Source: Epithemia pelagica (lineage: Eukaryota; Protista; Bacillariophyta). From it: a DNA stretch of 64,000 bases. The notes beneath the pieces are model-generated. The model had not been told where the DNA came from and ran no database searches. It was given only the letters and a program-made list of their open reading frames with translations. The position numbers and the translations under genes are program-made. Shown piece after piece: positions 24,336-36,090 of this stretch. The first letter of the stretch is position 1. Each line of letters starts with the position of its first letter. Where the stretch lies: NCBI GenBank assembly GCA_946965045.2, contig OX337237.1:682001-746000 (forward strand). The letters are read 5' to 3'.

Positions 24336-25187
24336 TTAGGATTGCTCCAAATCGTGTACTTGCGCACAGACCATGTCACGAATCTTTTGCTTCAACCAAG
24401 CACCACGACCCATGCCATCTTGGAGTGAAAAATACCGGTCGACCGTGGCAGTGCCCTGCGCCAAAATGGGTTCCTTCATCATTGCATCATAGGCGGTTTG
24501 GTTCGTTTCCAAGTGCACAATTTGGGCCAGGGCTGGTTGGGGACGAGCCGGATCGTAGTAGACAAAGGCTCGACGATTAAACATGTCAAATACTGCTTCA
24601 GTACCGTAGTAAATGGGAATGCATCCCGCCCAAAAGGCCATGACAATCTTTTCCCTAGTGTATCCCGGTTGGTATTTGTTTTCCAACACGAGACAAAACC
24701 GATAATGACGATAGGATTGGGTATTGCTTGGCCAATTTCAATTCCTCCTTGGAGGTTTCCACGGCGACACGAGTGTCTCCACCAGTCCGCCCCCACACTT
24801 GGCTCCCTTGTGGAGGACCGTCGATTGATTGTGGTGGTGGTCGGCCAGCACCCGTGGTTGTGGTATCTGGGAAACGGCCGTGGCAATGTCCCGAACGGCC
24901 TGTTCGCGAAAGGGGACACAATTGCTCGCCGTTTACAGCAAAAAGGCCTCGCCCGTGTTGCGTGGCTTTTGCAACGGATCCAACAACCATTGTTGCATCT
25001 CGTGGGAGGCTTCGGCGACAATCTGACTCGCAAACAAGACTCGCACACTCCAATTACTTGTCGTTGGAAACTGTGGCGTCTTTTGAAACGACGTCAATCC
25101 TTGGGGGATAATAAAATGGGCAATCGTCGTTGTGATGATGATGATCGCCCGGTTGTGCTGGTTCGGTTGGATGTGTGCGTTTTCCAA
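24336..25187 (-). pseudogene. Alpha-1,3-fucosyltransferase (GT10) C-terminal half, disrupted
   Basis: FLL*TASNCVPFREQA (TAA at 24933-24935), VLHKGAKCG, then a frameshift into YRHYRFCLVLENKYQPGYTREKIVMAFWAGCIPIYYG, the GT10 signature. Confidence 0.8.
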
Positions 25188-25463
25188 TATCCCTTTATAT
25201 AAGGGGACTCAGAGAAATTCGGAACCTACCCGCTGCGAAGAGATTCGGGACTAAAAGGGGGGCATTACGTTTTGGTCCTAAAATCCTCTACTTTATTCGA
25301 GGTTTTGAGCGTTTACAATATAGGGGCATGAACCGTCTCCTTTTGATGAACTACAGCCGGCAATGGACCTGGAGTTTTGATGGGTTCCCCCCGACTCGAT
25401 CTTTGTTTTCACCGCTTGGTTTTTGGATCTTCTTGATCTTTCCACGAGCCACAAACAGAGACC

Positions 25464-26985
25464 ATGTGATACCACCTCCAGAATTCCGACCCTTCCTCCT
25501 CCTCCTCCTCATCTTCTTCGTTTGCCTTGATCTTTTTTTTGCAAGAAACGAAGAATTACAAGCAAGGCCTCTTGCGTCAATGTGTCCAAGGAATCGTCCA
25601 AGAAAATGACGAGTGGTGGACCAAGAGTCACAATCCTACCATCTCCACAAAATGGCACGACGAAGTGGTACAACAATCGGATGATGTGTAGTCCAAAACA
25701 ATGTATCAAGAAGGACCAGTACGGCCTGCAGCCGTCGCATGTGTCTCTGTAAGGGACGATCTCAAAGCAAAAACAGGTGACTTGCTTGTGGATCTGTTGC
25801 GCGAGATTGCCTTCTTATGGCAACAAACCGCAATTGGACCGACCAATGTAGACCGTCATCCTGCAACGCCGCAAATTATTGATTGGATACATCCTTCCTT
25901 GTATGCCTATGAAAAAGGACTAACCATGGCATTATTGGAGGCGACTTCTGGAGGAGCTCATCTAACGCAAATGCACGGATGGTCCTCCTTTACATTGAGG
26001 AAACAACCAAACCAACAACAAGGCGTCATGATCGAAGAAAGAGGAAACGACCAAGGAGGATCATCATCCAAACCACTTCCTGCAGGCCTGGAGTCGTGCA
26101 ATGTGGTTGCCGGCGGAATTTCGAGTATCGGTCGATGGTCAAGACTGTGCGATTTCCAGTTTTATCAATTCCTTGCATCCCATTGAACTGTCGGAATATG
26201 CCATATTGTGTTCACTGATTGGCAAACTCTTTTGTCGCTGCGTGCCCTTGATGGAAGAAGTGTTGGTTGAATGGCACACATTGCATCATAACGAGGGAAT
26301 GAAATCGGCTATCACGAAAGCAGCCATACTGTTGTGTATGTCACGCATTGTGGGGCAAGCTTCGGACTCCAGTGGGTCTGGGTCAGCTTATTGAGGCGGA
26401 CTTTTGCGAGTTGTTGGATGCTTTGGGTCCTCCATCGGCACATGGATTGATACGACGTTTCGAGAATGTTGGAAGGGAGGACCCCTGAAACAAAAGAACT
26501 ACGACCAACAGCATGGTTCAGAAAAAGACAGAAAAGAGGCAGCAAAACAAGACAACCGTATGACGAGTATTACTTGCAATGGTATCAAGACGCGTCCAAT
26601 TTTTGGCCTCCCACAATTCCCACATTTTCATCTCCTTGTCCTCTACATCAGTTTCAGCATAAACGAGCATCGGTATCACTCCGCAACCAACCTCTTCAAG
26701 TGATGGACAAGTTGGCATCCATAGAAGTCGAACCTGAACAAGACAAAAAGACTACGGACAAAGATATAATGATGGTGATGTATGACACGTACAAGGGAGT
26801 TTGGGAGAACGAATTGTGACAACAGCTTGAATGACTCAAAAGAATAAGTAGCAAGGACTTTCAGGACGGCAGGTCTCTTAACATATAAGCATGCTTGTGA
26901 GCGACGCCAACGGCTCATGGTAGAACGGTCTGCATTGCACGAAATGTTACTATTGCCCGAATTTTTTCCTTGTATGAACACTCAA
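25464..26985 (+). pseudogene. DUF4246 copy D3, heavily degraded
   Basis: Colinear DNA similarity to D1/D2 (YQEGPVRPAAV, WIHPSLYAYEKG, WLPAEFRVS, YDEYYLQWY, ttttccttgtatgaacac end) with many indels and stops. Confidence 0.8.
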
Positions 26986-27377
26986 GATGAATGAATTCAG
27001 ATAGACTGTACTCAAAAACACACGGCAGAGCGAGGACTACAATACAGCAGTCATAAGTGGTAATGTCTACGACATCATGGAAAGAAAAAATGCTGGTGGC
27101 TCGGACGGTTCAATAATAGAACGGAACTGAATCTGGTTGATGTATTCATACATCATCTACCTTACTCAATCCCACAAACGTGGCTCGGCGCAGGTTTTAC
27201 GAGTTTTCCTGTCAACGATCAAAGCAGAGACTCTACACCAAAACCTGAGAAACAACGCTTTCGTGGGTCGTGGACACACTCTCGTATCGTGGAACCTACC
27301 AAAACCGAAGCAACAGTTGTGCAAGAAAGAACCACGATTCTCTCCTCATTGTGGTTAGATGACACAGCAGTTTTAGG

Positions 27378-28517
27378 ATGGAGGATATGAAAGAGCAAGC
27401 ACGTTTGTCCGGACTCGTTTTGGGGAACAATCAAGAAGAGCCCCAATGGATAACAAAACCAAGTAGAGTGTGTCAGCGATGGGACCACGCATTGGTTGTG
27501 GTAAATCCTCCCAGCAATGAAAAGGAAGAAATTATTGTCGTTTTGGGTGGCAGAAAGCCCTATTCTTCCAGTACCATCCATTCGAACGATACTAGATCTG
27601 TATTTCTTTTCAACGGTGATGGAAGCAGACGCAAGCAACGACGAGGTCCCAGGATGAACGAACGACGAGTTCGATTTGCAGGCGTTGTCTGTAACGGCTT
27701 TGTCTATGCCATTGGAGGATCGATGTTGGATTCCATAGAGCGGATTCAAGTCTCCGATTTACTATCAAGTGTGTGTTTGAAGAAGAGTCAAAAGGAAAGG
27801 CCATGGAAAACATTGAAGTGTCGTTTGTCTACTGCGCTGCGAGGCTGGTGCTCAGCTACCGTTGTCCAAAACAGGTTCATTATAATTGGTGGAGGAGATC
27901 CTAATGGAAATGTGGATATTCTTGATATAGCTCAAGAAAGTCAACCTTTCATTTTTCAAGCGCCATGCCTGAATGTTCCTCGTAACAAGTTCGGAATGGC
28001 GGCTATTGGTTCGCGTGTCTATGTCATTGGCGGATGTAAGATAACTGGAAAAGAGGAGCTAACTTCAGTCGAATACTTGGACTTACTGCCTGGTTCAGGC
28101 AAGGATGGAAGTGATTTTGAAGAATCGATCCTTGCATCTTCTTTGTCATGGAAAATGCATGAAGATCTGGTTCTTCCGATTCCTCGTTGTGAACATTCTG
28201 TTCTCTGTGTTGGATCTTGCCTGGTTGTGATCGGAGGTTGTAGTGACTATCGATTTATTCTTGATCGTGAAGATGGCAAGCAAGTGCGGGGCGTCGAGGT
28301 TTTGGACACGAGACGCAATAAAGTTTGGAGCCTTCCTGACTTGAGGGAAGCAAGAGGCAAGTCGGTTACAACAGTTTTTGTTTGCAATGAAATTCTTGTT
28401 CTGGTAGATGACATGACATTTTGCAAGACCTCGGAAAGGCTTCCATTGATGGATAAGAACTCTGCCGTGTACAAGCGTTTGTTGGATGGTCCTTGTTCAT
28501 TGAGAGAATCAGACTGA
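27378..28517 (+). CDS. Kelch-repeat protein K6 (379 aa, intact)
   Basis: Kelch architecture; 5' third nearly identical to K8. Confidence 0.88.
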   Translation: MEDMKEQARLSGLVLGNNQEEPQWITKPSRVCQRWDHALVVVNPPSNEKEEIIVVLGGRKPYSSSTIHSNDTRSVFLFNGDGSRRKQRRGPRMNERRVRFAGVVCNGFVYAIGGSMLDSIERIQVSDLLSSVCLKKSQKERPWKTLKCRLSTALRGWCSATVVQNRFIIIGGGDPNGNVDILDIAQESQPFIFQAPCLNVPRNKFGMAAIGSRVYVIGGCKITGKEELTSVEYLDLLPGSGKDGSDFEESILASSLSWKMHEDLVLPIPRCEHSVLCVGSCLVVIGGCSDYRFILDREDGKQVRGVEVLDTRRNKVWSLPDLREARGKSVTTVFVCNEILVLVDDMTFCKTSERLPLMDKNSAVYKRLLDGPCSLRESD

Positions 28518-28959
28518 CTGCCTGCTAGCATTTGGCGATATAGATGCAAAATGACCAATTATAGTACTGAAATGAATGGAGTTGTACTCCTCCCTCTTTT
28601 TGCCGCTGCGAGAAGTAGAAAGATCCAATGATGCCAGTATGAGAAGGACCTACATTCCGTCCACTCCCTCTTTTGGTCTCTCTCTCTCTCTCCTTTTTCG
28701 TTCTGTTGTTGATTCCTTCCAATCTAGGGGTTCAGGTTGGGGTTGTGTTACCGCCCGTTGTTCCTAGATGGAAGCCAACTTCTCGATGTCAACAACTACA
28801 TGGGTGAGTTGCTGCTCCGTCTTTCATGGAGACTCGACGTTTACTTGTTCTGTTGGGAATGGCCAAGCATGTTGGAGCAAACGCCATTTTTTGTTTCCTT
28901 GTCCTGTACGGATGGTGTGCATGTACTACCGTGCACATTGTGGTTAGTGTTGCTTTTTG

Positions 28960-29170
28960 ATGACCAGAGGCTGCCACTGCAAGTGTCTTGGTGCCGGCAA
29001 GGAAGAGAAACGGTCTTGGACCGTGGCATGACGAAATGTCGTTATCGTGGGGATGGTGGTGCCCCCGTGGTTCGGCTGGTTCAGGTGCCAGGGCGATCCA
29101 ACCTCTTCGTTCGGTGCTGCCTCTCTTGTTGTTCCTGTTGTTCGTGCTTCTTGTTGCTACGCTTCACTCA
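28960..29170 (-). pseudogene. Third fragment of the GT10-associated N-terminal region
   Basis: 28966-29050 matches 23638-23712 and 29092-29150 matches 24138-24180, joined by an internal deletion. Confidence 0.6.
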
Positions 29171-29677
29171 ACCAAAAAGGAGTACAATAGTGCCGTCATT
29201 CTGATCCATTCGAAACTTGGTGAGTGTGTCTCCTAATTCCCCCACTTCTTTGCTCCTCTAGCGTCCATCCCTTTGGAGTGGCGGTTGCGTGGGGAGTGGC
29301 GGTTTCATCTCTTGCGCGCGTTGACATTGTGATGATTCTTGTGGATTGTTGCAGTGACTCTTGCGACAAGAAAAAGACTAGGTAGATTATCATCGCATTG
29401 CCAAATTATCTCTGCGTATCTCTTGATTGCATTCGGAACCTACGGATGTGCCACTCCTACGAAGGTCAGACAACTCCGATTCGGGACTAAAAGGGGGCAA
29501 TACACAGTCCCGGCGCCCAGCGGGGGGGGGGGTGGTTTCGAGCTCACAACACCTGTAAGCCACCCCCCGCTGGGGGCTGGGCAATGGGCCTGGAGTTTTG
29601 ATGGGTTCCCCCTGACTAATTGCCATTTCACCGTTTTTGAACTTGTCGATCTTTCTTCAAAAGATGCCGATTGCACA

Positions 29678-29830
29678 TGATGCCACCCTCCACACAACCA
29701 CAAGAGCCAGAGGAGTACCGACAATTTGATCATACCGGTGTCCAATTCATGTATAACTTGGTCGATGAAGGAACACTGTTGCAACCAGCAGGACTGCCCT
29801 GTGTCACCAAGCAAGGTCACATTTTGGCCT
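29678..29830 (+). pseudogene. DUF4246 copy D4: start codons fused to a C-terminal fragment, cut at an inversion breakpoint
   Basis: Shared DUF4246 upstream motif at 29581-29610, then QEPEEYRQFDHTGVQFMYNLVDEG...CVTKQGHILA ending at 29830. Confidence 0.78.
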
Positions 29831-30015
29831 AGTGCGTGTTTCACACGAAACCATGATGGTTTCAGTCGTAGCTCGGATGGAAAATTTCTATCGACTGCTG
29901 GTATCATTGAGTCTTTCTACGTTTCGCAGCGGCGAAAAGAGGGAAAAGTACAACTCCATTCATTTCAATACTATAATGGGCCATTCTACACAACAATCAT
30001 CAATACTGCGAACAT

Positions 30016-31134
30016 TCAATCGAATTCTCGCGATAAACGACTATCCAACAAACGCTTGTGTACGGCAGAGTTCTTATCCGTCAATAGAAGCCTTAGAAAG
30101 GTCTTCGGGGGTCTCACATCACCTCCAAGAAGAACAAGCTCATTGGAAACAACAACTGCTGTAAGCTCCTTCTCTCGTCGTTCCCTCAATTGAGGAAGTC
30201 TCCAGACTTTATTGCGTTTCGTGTCCAAAACCTCCACGAAAGGCACTTCATCTTCAAGAACAAAAAACTTTTCACTACGACCTCCGGCCACAACCAGACA
30301 TGTTCCAAGGCGGACAACGGAATGTCCCACACGAGGAACGGGAAGAACCAGATCCTTGTGCATTTTCCATGACAAAGAAGATGCAATGGTTGATTCTTCA
30401 AACTCATTTCCATCGTTGCCTGAATCAGGTAACATATCCAAGTATTCGACTGATCTTAACTTCTTTAATGCTTCTCCGGTCGAATATCCACCAATGACGT
30501 AGACTCGCGAACCAATCGCCGCCATCCCGATCTGGTATCGAGGAACAGTCAGGGAAGGTGCCTGAAAAATGAAAGGCTGACTTGCTTCGGATATGTCAAC
30601 AATATCCACATTTCCATTATTTCCTCCACCAATTACAATGTACCTGTTTTGGACAACAGCAGCTGAGGACGACCATACGTGCGTAGCAGACAAACGGCAC
30701 GTCAACGTTTTCCATGGTGTTTCCTTCTCAGTCTTGTTCAAAGAAGCACTTGATAGTAAATCGGAGACTTGAATCCGCTCCATGGAATCCCGATTCCGTC
30801 CTCCGATGGCGTAGACATAGCCATTATAAACAACCGCTGCAAGTCCTTCTCGCTCTTCATTCATACTGGGACCTCTAGGACATTGGTCGTATAAGCTTCC
30901 ATCACTCTTTCGAAGAGAAACTGTGTTAGTGGCCTTCGGATAAGAACTCCTTTTTATGTTGCCCCCCAATAAGACGACAATTTCGTCTTTTTCATTGTGG
31001 GGAGCATGTACCACAACCGCTGCGTGCTTCCATTGCCCACGCAGTTCGTATTCTTTGGTCTCCCATCGTGGCAAATCTTCCATAAGGAGTCCAGCCAAAC
31101 GTGCCTGCTCATTCATTTCCTCATGCCAAAACAT
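30016..31134 (-). CDS. Kelch-repeat protein K7 (372 aa), inverted relative to the array
   Basis: Kelch motifs; ATG at 31134 is in frame; the conserved ATGGAG start has lost one G, so MNEQARL continues in frame from the upstream or second Met. Confidence 0.85.
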   Translation of the reverse strand: MFWHEEMNEQARLAGLLMEDLPRWETKEYELRGQWKHAAVVVHAPHNEKDEIVVLLGGNIKRSSYPKATNTVSLRKSDGSLYDQCPRGPSMNEEREGLAAVVYNGYVYAIGGRNRDSMERIQVSDLLSSASLNKTEKETPWKTLTCRLSATHVWSSSAAVVQNRYIVIGGGNNGNVDIVDISEASQPFIFQAPSLTVPRYQIGMAAIGSRVYVIGGYSTGEALKKLRSVEYLDMLPDSGNDGNEFEESTIASSLSWKMHKDLVLPVPRVGHSVVRLGTCLVVAGGRSEKFFVLEDEVPFVEVLDTKRNKVWRLPQLRERREKELTAVVVSNELVLLGGDVRPPKTFLRLLLTDKNSAVHKRLLDSRLSREFD

Positions 31135-31599
31135 TTTTCATCCAACCACAATGGAAAAACAATGTTGGAATGGATGACGATGAAGGTGGTTGTTTGTTGC
31201 ACAACTGTTCCTCCAGTTTTGGAGTATAGACTGTCAGTTCCACGATCGGAGACTGCCACAAAACTCAGGTTTTGTGGTGTAGAGTATGATCGTTGACGAG
31301 AAAACTCGAAAATCCAGCACACATGGTTGTGGGATTGAGTACGGGGTAGGGGCGGTATGACACGAACCACCAGTTTGGGCTACGTTCTATTGAATCCTCC
31401 GAGTCCTCATTCCATGACGTAGACATTACGACTGGTGCAGTCGTCGTCCTGTCGTGGCTCTACGGCTTTGTTGGATATTCTGCCACTGAACGTCCCAAGA
31501 CTGAGTATGGGCTTTCGTGGGATAGTCTGTTCCGTTCCTCGTCTGCCGGTCAGACCCAAAGGATCTTCTCCACCAAACGACACGCGTTTTGCAAGTTTG

Positions 31600-31937
31600 A
31601 GTATTGTCTCTCGAGGAGCCGATGAAGCCGCTTACAAGTCTGTTGGTATCCTAGGAGACTTGTCGTCGTCTGCCGTCGTGTTATCCTTGCCTCTTGCTAG
31701 TTTGAGTCGTTTCCCTGCTGTTGGAGAGTCAGATTTTGCATCCGTTCTTGTCCAAGCTGCTTTTTGTTCTGGTGCTGGAATGTCCCACGTCAAAAGCCTT
31801 TTTTTTGTGGCGTGGCGGTGGCAGTCGATCGAATGCGAACCGCGTGACCACAAAGAAGCAAGAAAGAGCACGTTTTCCCGGTTTGGTAGAATCCACAGAC
31901 GGCTCCAGTGGGACAAAGTGCTGCTTGGTATTGGGCA
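31600..31937 (-). pseudogene. DUF4246 C-terminal fragment D5, the continuation of D4 across the inversion
   Basis: Begins PNTKQHFVPLEPSVDSTKPGKRALSCFFVV, exactly the residues that follow GHILA(W) in intact copies. Confidence 0.78.
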
Positions 31938-33295
31938 CAATATCCGGGAGAGAAAAGGACCTTCATTTGGTCTATACTCTCTATTCTCTTGTTTTGTTTG
32001 GCGCTGTGGTTGGTTCTTTCCCCAGCATTGGGTCACTCTTGTTCCAGTTTTGGCCCTCAGGGCCTCGTTTCGCCACACATGTTGGAACGTATCAAAAAGG
32101 GTTCAGGCAAGGCGTGTTGAAACAAACCGCCGTGTTTTTGGATGGCAGCAAAGTTCCATGTATGCCAACAGCCACAGGACAATTGCCATTCCATTTTCTT
32201 GGTACACTGCTGCTGCTTCACCTGGTTTGGAGATTCCACCTCTACTTCTTCTTCTTCTTTTGAAAGTGCCAAACGAAAACGCGTTTCCGGTCTGCACCAA
32301 GATAAAACTTCAACACTGAATACCCGCTGAGGCCCGAGTGGATTCAATGCCCTGGAGAGTGTTCGACAACAACAACAAGTATTTCACAGCTGTTTTTTTT
32401 TCTCTCTCTCTCTGTATGTGTCTCGGCGACTCTCTGGTCGTAGTATTGATGGTATAAAAACACGCGGACCAAACTGTTGGAAATAATATGGAGCTCTCTC
32501 TCTCCCAAGGACAAACTACTAGAACCAATCCATAAGGTCCCAACGACTGTGGGATACAAGGTGATTTCCCCAAGACGATGCTCTTTCATCGTCTCTTGGA
32601 AGCTCCTTGGGACACTGGAGATTCCAAAAAAGAGACTCTTGGATCGACGAAACATTACAGATCGATATCCTTGAGAGGGAGCCACCCTCTTGGCAACTCC
32701 TTCCAGTGTTTTTTTTTCGCATTGGAGGAACCCGCCGCGGTTGGTTTCTGAAACCTGTTATATGGTGGCACACATGCGTTTTTTTGTCCAATATGGATTC
32801 ACAGCACAACACAACACGCTGTTAATAATGGACCACAGCAGCGGCTCTTTTCGTTGGGTGTGTGGATTGACACACTGTGCTCTTACACTGTGCTGCCCTC
32901 ATGCTCCAATTCGCTTGACGTGTGTGTCAGCAGACAGACGAGAGATTTGGTTGCTTTCACCAAGGGTGTCCATGTTCAGTTCAGCAACGACGAGGACAAT
33001 GACCCACAACGTGCGGAACTCTGGATTCCAATGGATGCCAAGAACGTCAGATGTTCTGAGCACGTAATGTTTCCGCGACACAAAACAGACGGTAGCGGGG
33101 CTGGAGCTTCGATGGGTTCTTTGCACTCTCTCTCTGTAAAACGGCACTAGTTCCTAGCGGGAGTTTGAGTCTTGTGTTCTTGTGAATGCGGTCAGGTTGA
33201 TGCTCCTTAAATGAAATTACGCGGGACCGAAGACTTGGGAGTAAACACCAAACGATGGCACCACAACTCGTGTGCCCAATAAAGGAAAAGATACC

Positions 33296-34180
33296 ATGAT
33301 ACTAGATAGTCCCTGGGAATATCCATCGCGTTGACGCTTTTGCTGGAAAAGAAGAACTACAATCCAGACCTCTTGCCTTGATTTGCAAATGTTGGAACTA
33401 CAAGGAATCATCAAAGAAAAGAACGAGTGGTGGACCAAAACACAATAGTACGATTGCATCCAAGTGGAATGCGACATTGGTACAACAACGGGATGATTCA
33501 CAATCCGACCGACAAGAGGCAGAAAAAGCACGTTGACGCTTTCCTGACTGTCATGTTCAAATGGTCCACTTTGCCACTGACGACTTTAAGTAGTGGGCAT
33601 CGTAGTATTCAGAAGGGCCAGTGCGACCTGCAGCCGCCGAAAGTGCTTTTGTAAGGGACAATCTCAAAACAAGAACAGGGGACTTGCAGTCCGACTTGTT
33701 GCGCCAAATTGCTTTGCTACGGCAACAACCAGCGACCAGCGATGGGATCGACCAATGTGGACCGTCATCCTGAAACGCCTCAAATTATTGATTTGGCACA
33801 TCCTTCCATGTATTCCTATGAAAAATGCCAAACCCATGGTATTGGGGGGAGCTGATGGAGGAGCTCATGTGACGCAAACGCCCATATGGTCCTCCTGTAC
33901 ATTGAGGAAACAACAAGAACCATACAACAAGGACTCATGATTGAAGAAGTAGGAAACGACCAAGGAGGATCATCCTCCACATTACCACTTCCCTTAGGCC
34001 TTTCAGTCGGAGTGTGGTTTGCAATGGTTGCCAGCCGAAATTCGAGTATCGGCCGACGGTCACGACTTCTGAGATTTCCAGTTCTATCAGTTCCTTGCAT
34101 CCCATTCACCATGCTGCATTGTAGAACTCTTTGTCACTGCGTGCCCTTGTTGGAAGAAGTCATGGCCGAATTAGGAGAGT
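33296..34180 (+). pseudogene. DUF4246 copy D6, degraded N-terminal half
   Basis: Similarity to D1/D2 (LQMLELQGIIKEKNEWWTK, gatttggcacatccttccatgtat, cccttgttggaagaagtc) with multiple frameshifts; directly upstream of K8. Confidence 0.78.
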
Positions 34181-34615
34181 TTAAGAGACTTTCAAACCCT
34201 GTGTAATGTTGCGAATACGAATGCAAGGCGGCAAGAGGGCTTTCGGTGGCCGAGTATCCAACAAAGCCCATGAAACACTGTATACCCACGACTGGAGCAG
34301 TCGCAATGCTTCCGTCATGGAAAGCTATTAGAGGTTTGGACGATGGATGTATTCCTACATCATACTGTCCTCCCTATTGTTCCCCCTTATGCAATGCCAC
34401 AAGATTTAGATCGACTCGCAGCTAGTTTTTCGAGTTTTCTCAAGCGACAAACTCTACACCAAAACCTCAGAAACAGCGCTTTTGTGGATCTCTCGCCTCG
34501 TGGCTCGTGGTACTGACAGACTTCACTCCAAAACCCTGTGCACCCAAAGCCCTCCTATCATCAGCAATTCCAACATTGTTTCTTCCATTGTGGTTGTGGA
34601 TGACACAGTTATAGG

Positions 34616-35764
34616 ATGGAGGATATGAAAGAGCAAGCACGTTTGTCCGGACTCGTTTTGGGGAACAATCAAGAAGCGCCCCAATGGATAACAAAACCAA
34701 GTAGAGTGTGTCAGCGATGGGACCACGCATTGGTTGTGGTAAATCCTCCCAGCAATGAAAAGGAAGAAATTATTGTCGTTTTGGGTGGCAGAAACCCCTT
34801 TTCTTCCAATAGCATCCATTCGAACGATACTAGATCTGTATTTCTCTTCAACGGTGATGGAAGCAGACGCAAGCAACGACGAGGTCCTAGGATGAACGAA
34901 CGGCGAGTTCGATTTGCAGCCGTTGTCTGTAACGGCTTTGTCTATGCCATTGGAGGATCGATGTTGGATTCCATAGAGCGGATTCAACTCTCAGATTTAC
35001 TATCAAGTGTGTGTTTGAAGAAGAGCCAACAGGAAAGGCCATGGAAAACATTGAAGTGCCGTTTGTCTACTACGGAGCGAGACTCGTGCTCAGCTACCGT
35101 TGTCCAAAACAGGTACATTGTAATTGGTGGAGGAAATAATGGAAATGTGGATATTGTTGACGTTTTTCAAGCAAGTCAACCTTTCATTTTTCAAGCGCCA
35201 TGCCTGAATGTTCCTCGTAACAAGTTCGGAATGGCGGCCGTTGGTTCGCGTGTCTATGTTATTGGTGGATGCACGATTAGTAGAGGAGAGGGGCAGTTAA
35301 GTTCAGTCGAATATTTGGATTTGTTGCCTGATTCAGGCAATGATGGAAATGATTTTGAAGAATCCACCCTTGCATCTTCTTTGTCATGGAAATTACACAA
35401 GGATCTGGTTCTTCCGATTCCTCGTTGTGAACATTCTGTTCTCTGTGTTGGATTTTGCCTGGTTGTGGTCGGAGGTTGTAGTGACTTTCGAACTAGTTAT
35501 GGACGTGAAGATGACAAGAAAGTGCGGGGCGTCGAGGTTTTCGACACGAGACGCAATAAAGTTTGGAGCCTTCCTGGCCTTCCGGACTTGAGGAAAGCAC
35601 GAGGCCCTGATCTTCAAGCGGTTTTTGTTTGCAATGAAATTCTTGTTCTTGTAGATGACATGACATTTTGCAAGACCTCGGAAAGGCTTCCATTGATGGA
35701 TAAGAATTCTGTCTTGTTCAAACGTTTGTTGGATGGTCCTTGTTTATTGAGAGAATTCAACTGA
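34616..35764 (+). CDS. Kelch-repeat protein K8 (382 aa, intact)
   Basis: Kelch architecture, close paralog of K6. Confidence 0.88.
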   Translation: MEDMKEQARLSGLVLGNNQEAPQWITKPSRVCQRWDHALVVVNPPSNEKEEIIVVLGGRNPFSSNSIHSNDTRSVFLFNGDGSRRKQRRGPRMNERRVRFAAVVCNGFVYAIGGSMLDSIERIQLSDLLSSVCLKKSQQERPWKTLKCRLSTTERDSCSATVVQNRYIVIGGGNNGNVDIVDVFQASQPFIFQAPCLNVPRNKFGMAAVGSRVYVIGGCTISRGEGQLSSVEYLDLLPDSGNDGNDFEESTLASSLSWKLHKDLVLPIPRCEHSVLCVGFCLVVVGGCSDFRTSYGREDDKKVRGVEVFDTRRNKVWSLPGLPDLRKARGPDLQAVFVCNEILVLVDDMTFCKTSERLPLMDKNSVLFKRLLDGPCLLREFN

Positions 35765-35999
35765 CTGTTAGCATTGGGCGATACATGTGTAAAATGACCC
35801 ATTATAGTACTGAAATGAATAGAGTTGTAGTATTCCCTCTTTTCAGTAGAAACATTCAATGATGCCAGAAATCTAGACTTTACCACTACAATGGAGTGAG
35901 CAGGATCTACATTCGGTCCACTCTCTTTCCGTCTCTCTCTCTCTCTCTCTCTCGTTTTTCGTTCTGTTGTTTGTTCCTTCCCCACTGGGTCATTCTTGT

Positions 36000-36090
36000 T
36001 GGCCCTCAGGGCCTTGTATAGCCATATTCGGTATTATCAAAGGGTTCAGGTTCGGCTTGTTTCAAAAGCCTTGGAAGCAAACTTCTCAAT
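36000..36090 (-). pseudogene. Relic of the cysteine synthase last exon downstream of K8 (similar relics near 14150-14200, 20080-20150, 23290-23330, 28720-28790 and 32050-32125)
   Basis: Minus strand reads LLKQAEPEPFDNTEYGYTRP versus LVKQPLPEPYDNTEYGFATP in cysK at 44972-45073; a 16-nt stretch agccatattcggtatt is identical. Confidence 0.75.

Noticed and set aside
5854-35764. Kelch genes as RAG2-like partners of the RAG1-like transposase
   Set aside because: RAG2 is a Kelch-like propeller, but these genes lie 16 kb or more outside the putative TIRs, have ordinary Kelch GG motifs, lack an acidic hinge and PHD finger, and travel with DUF4246/cysK rather than the transposase.
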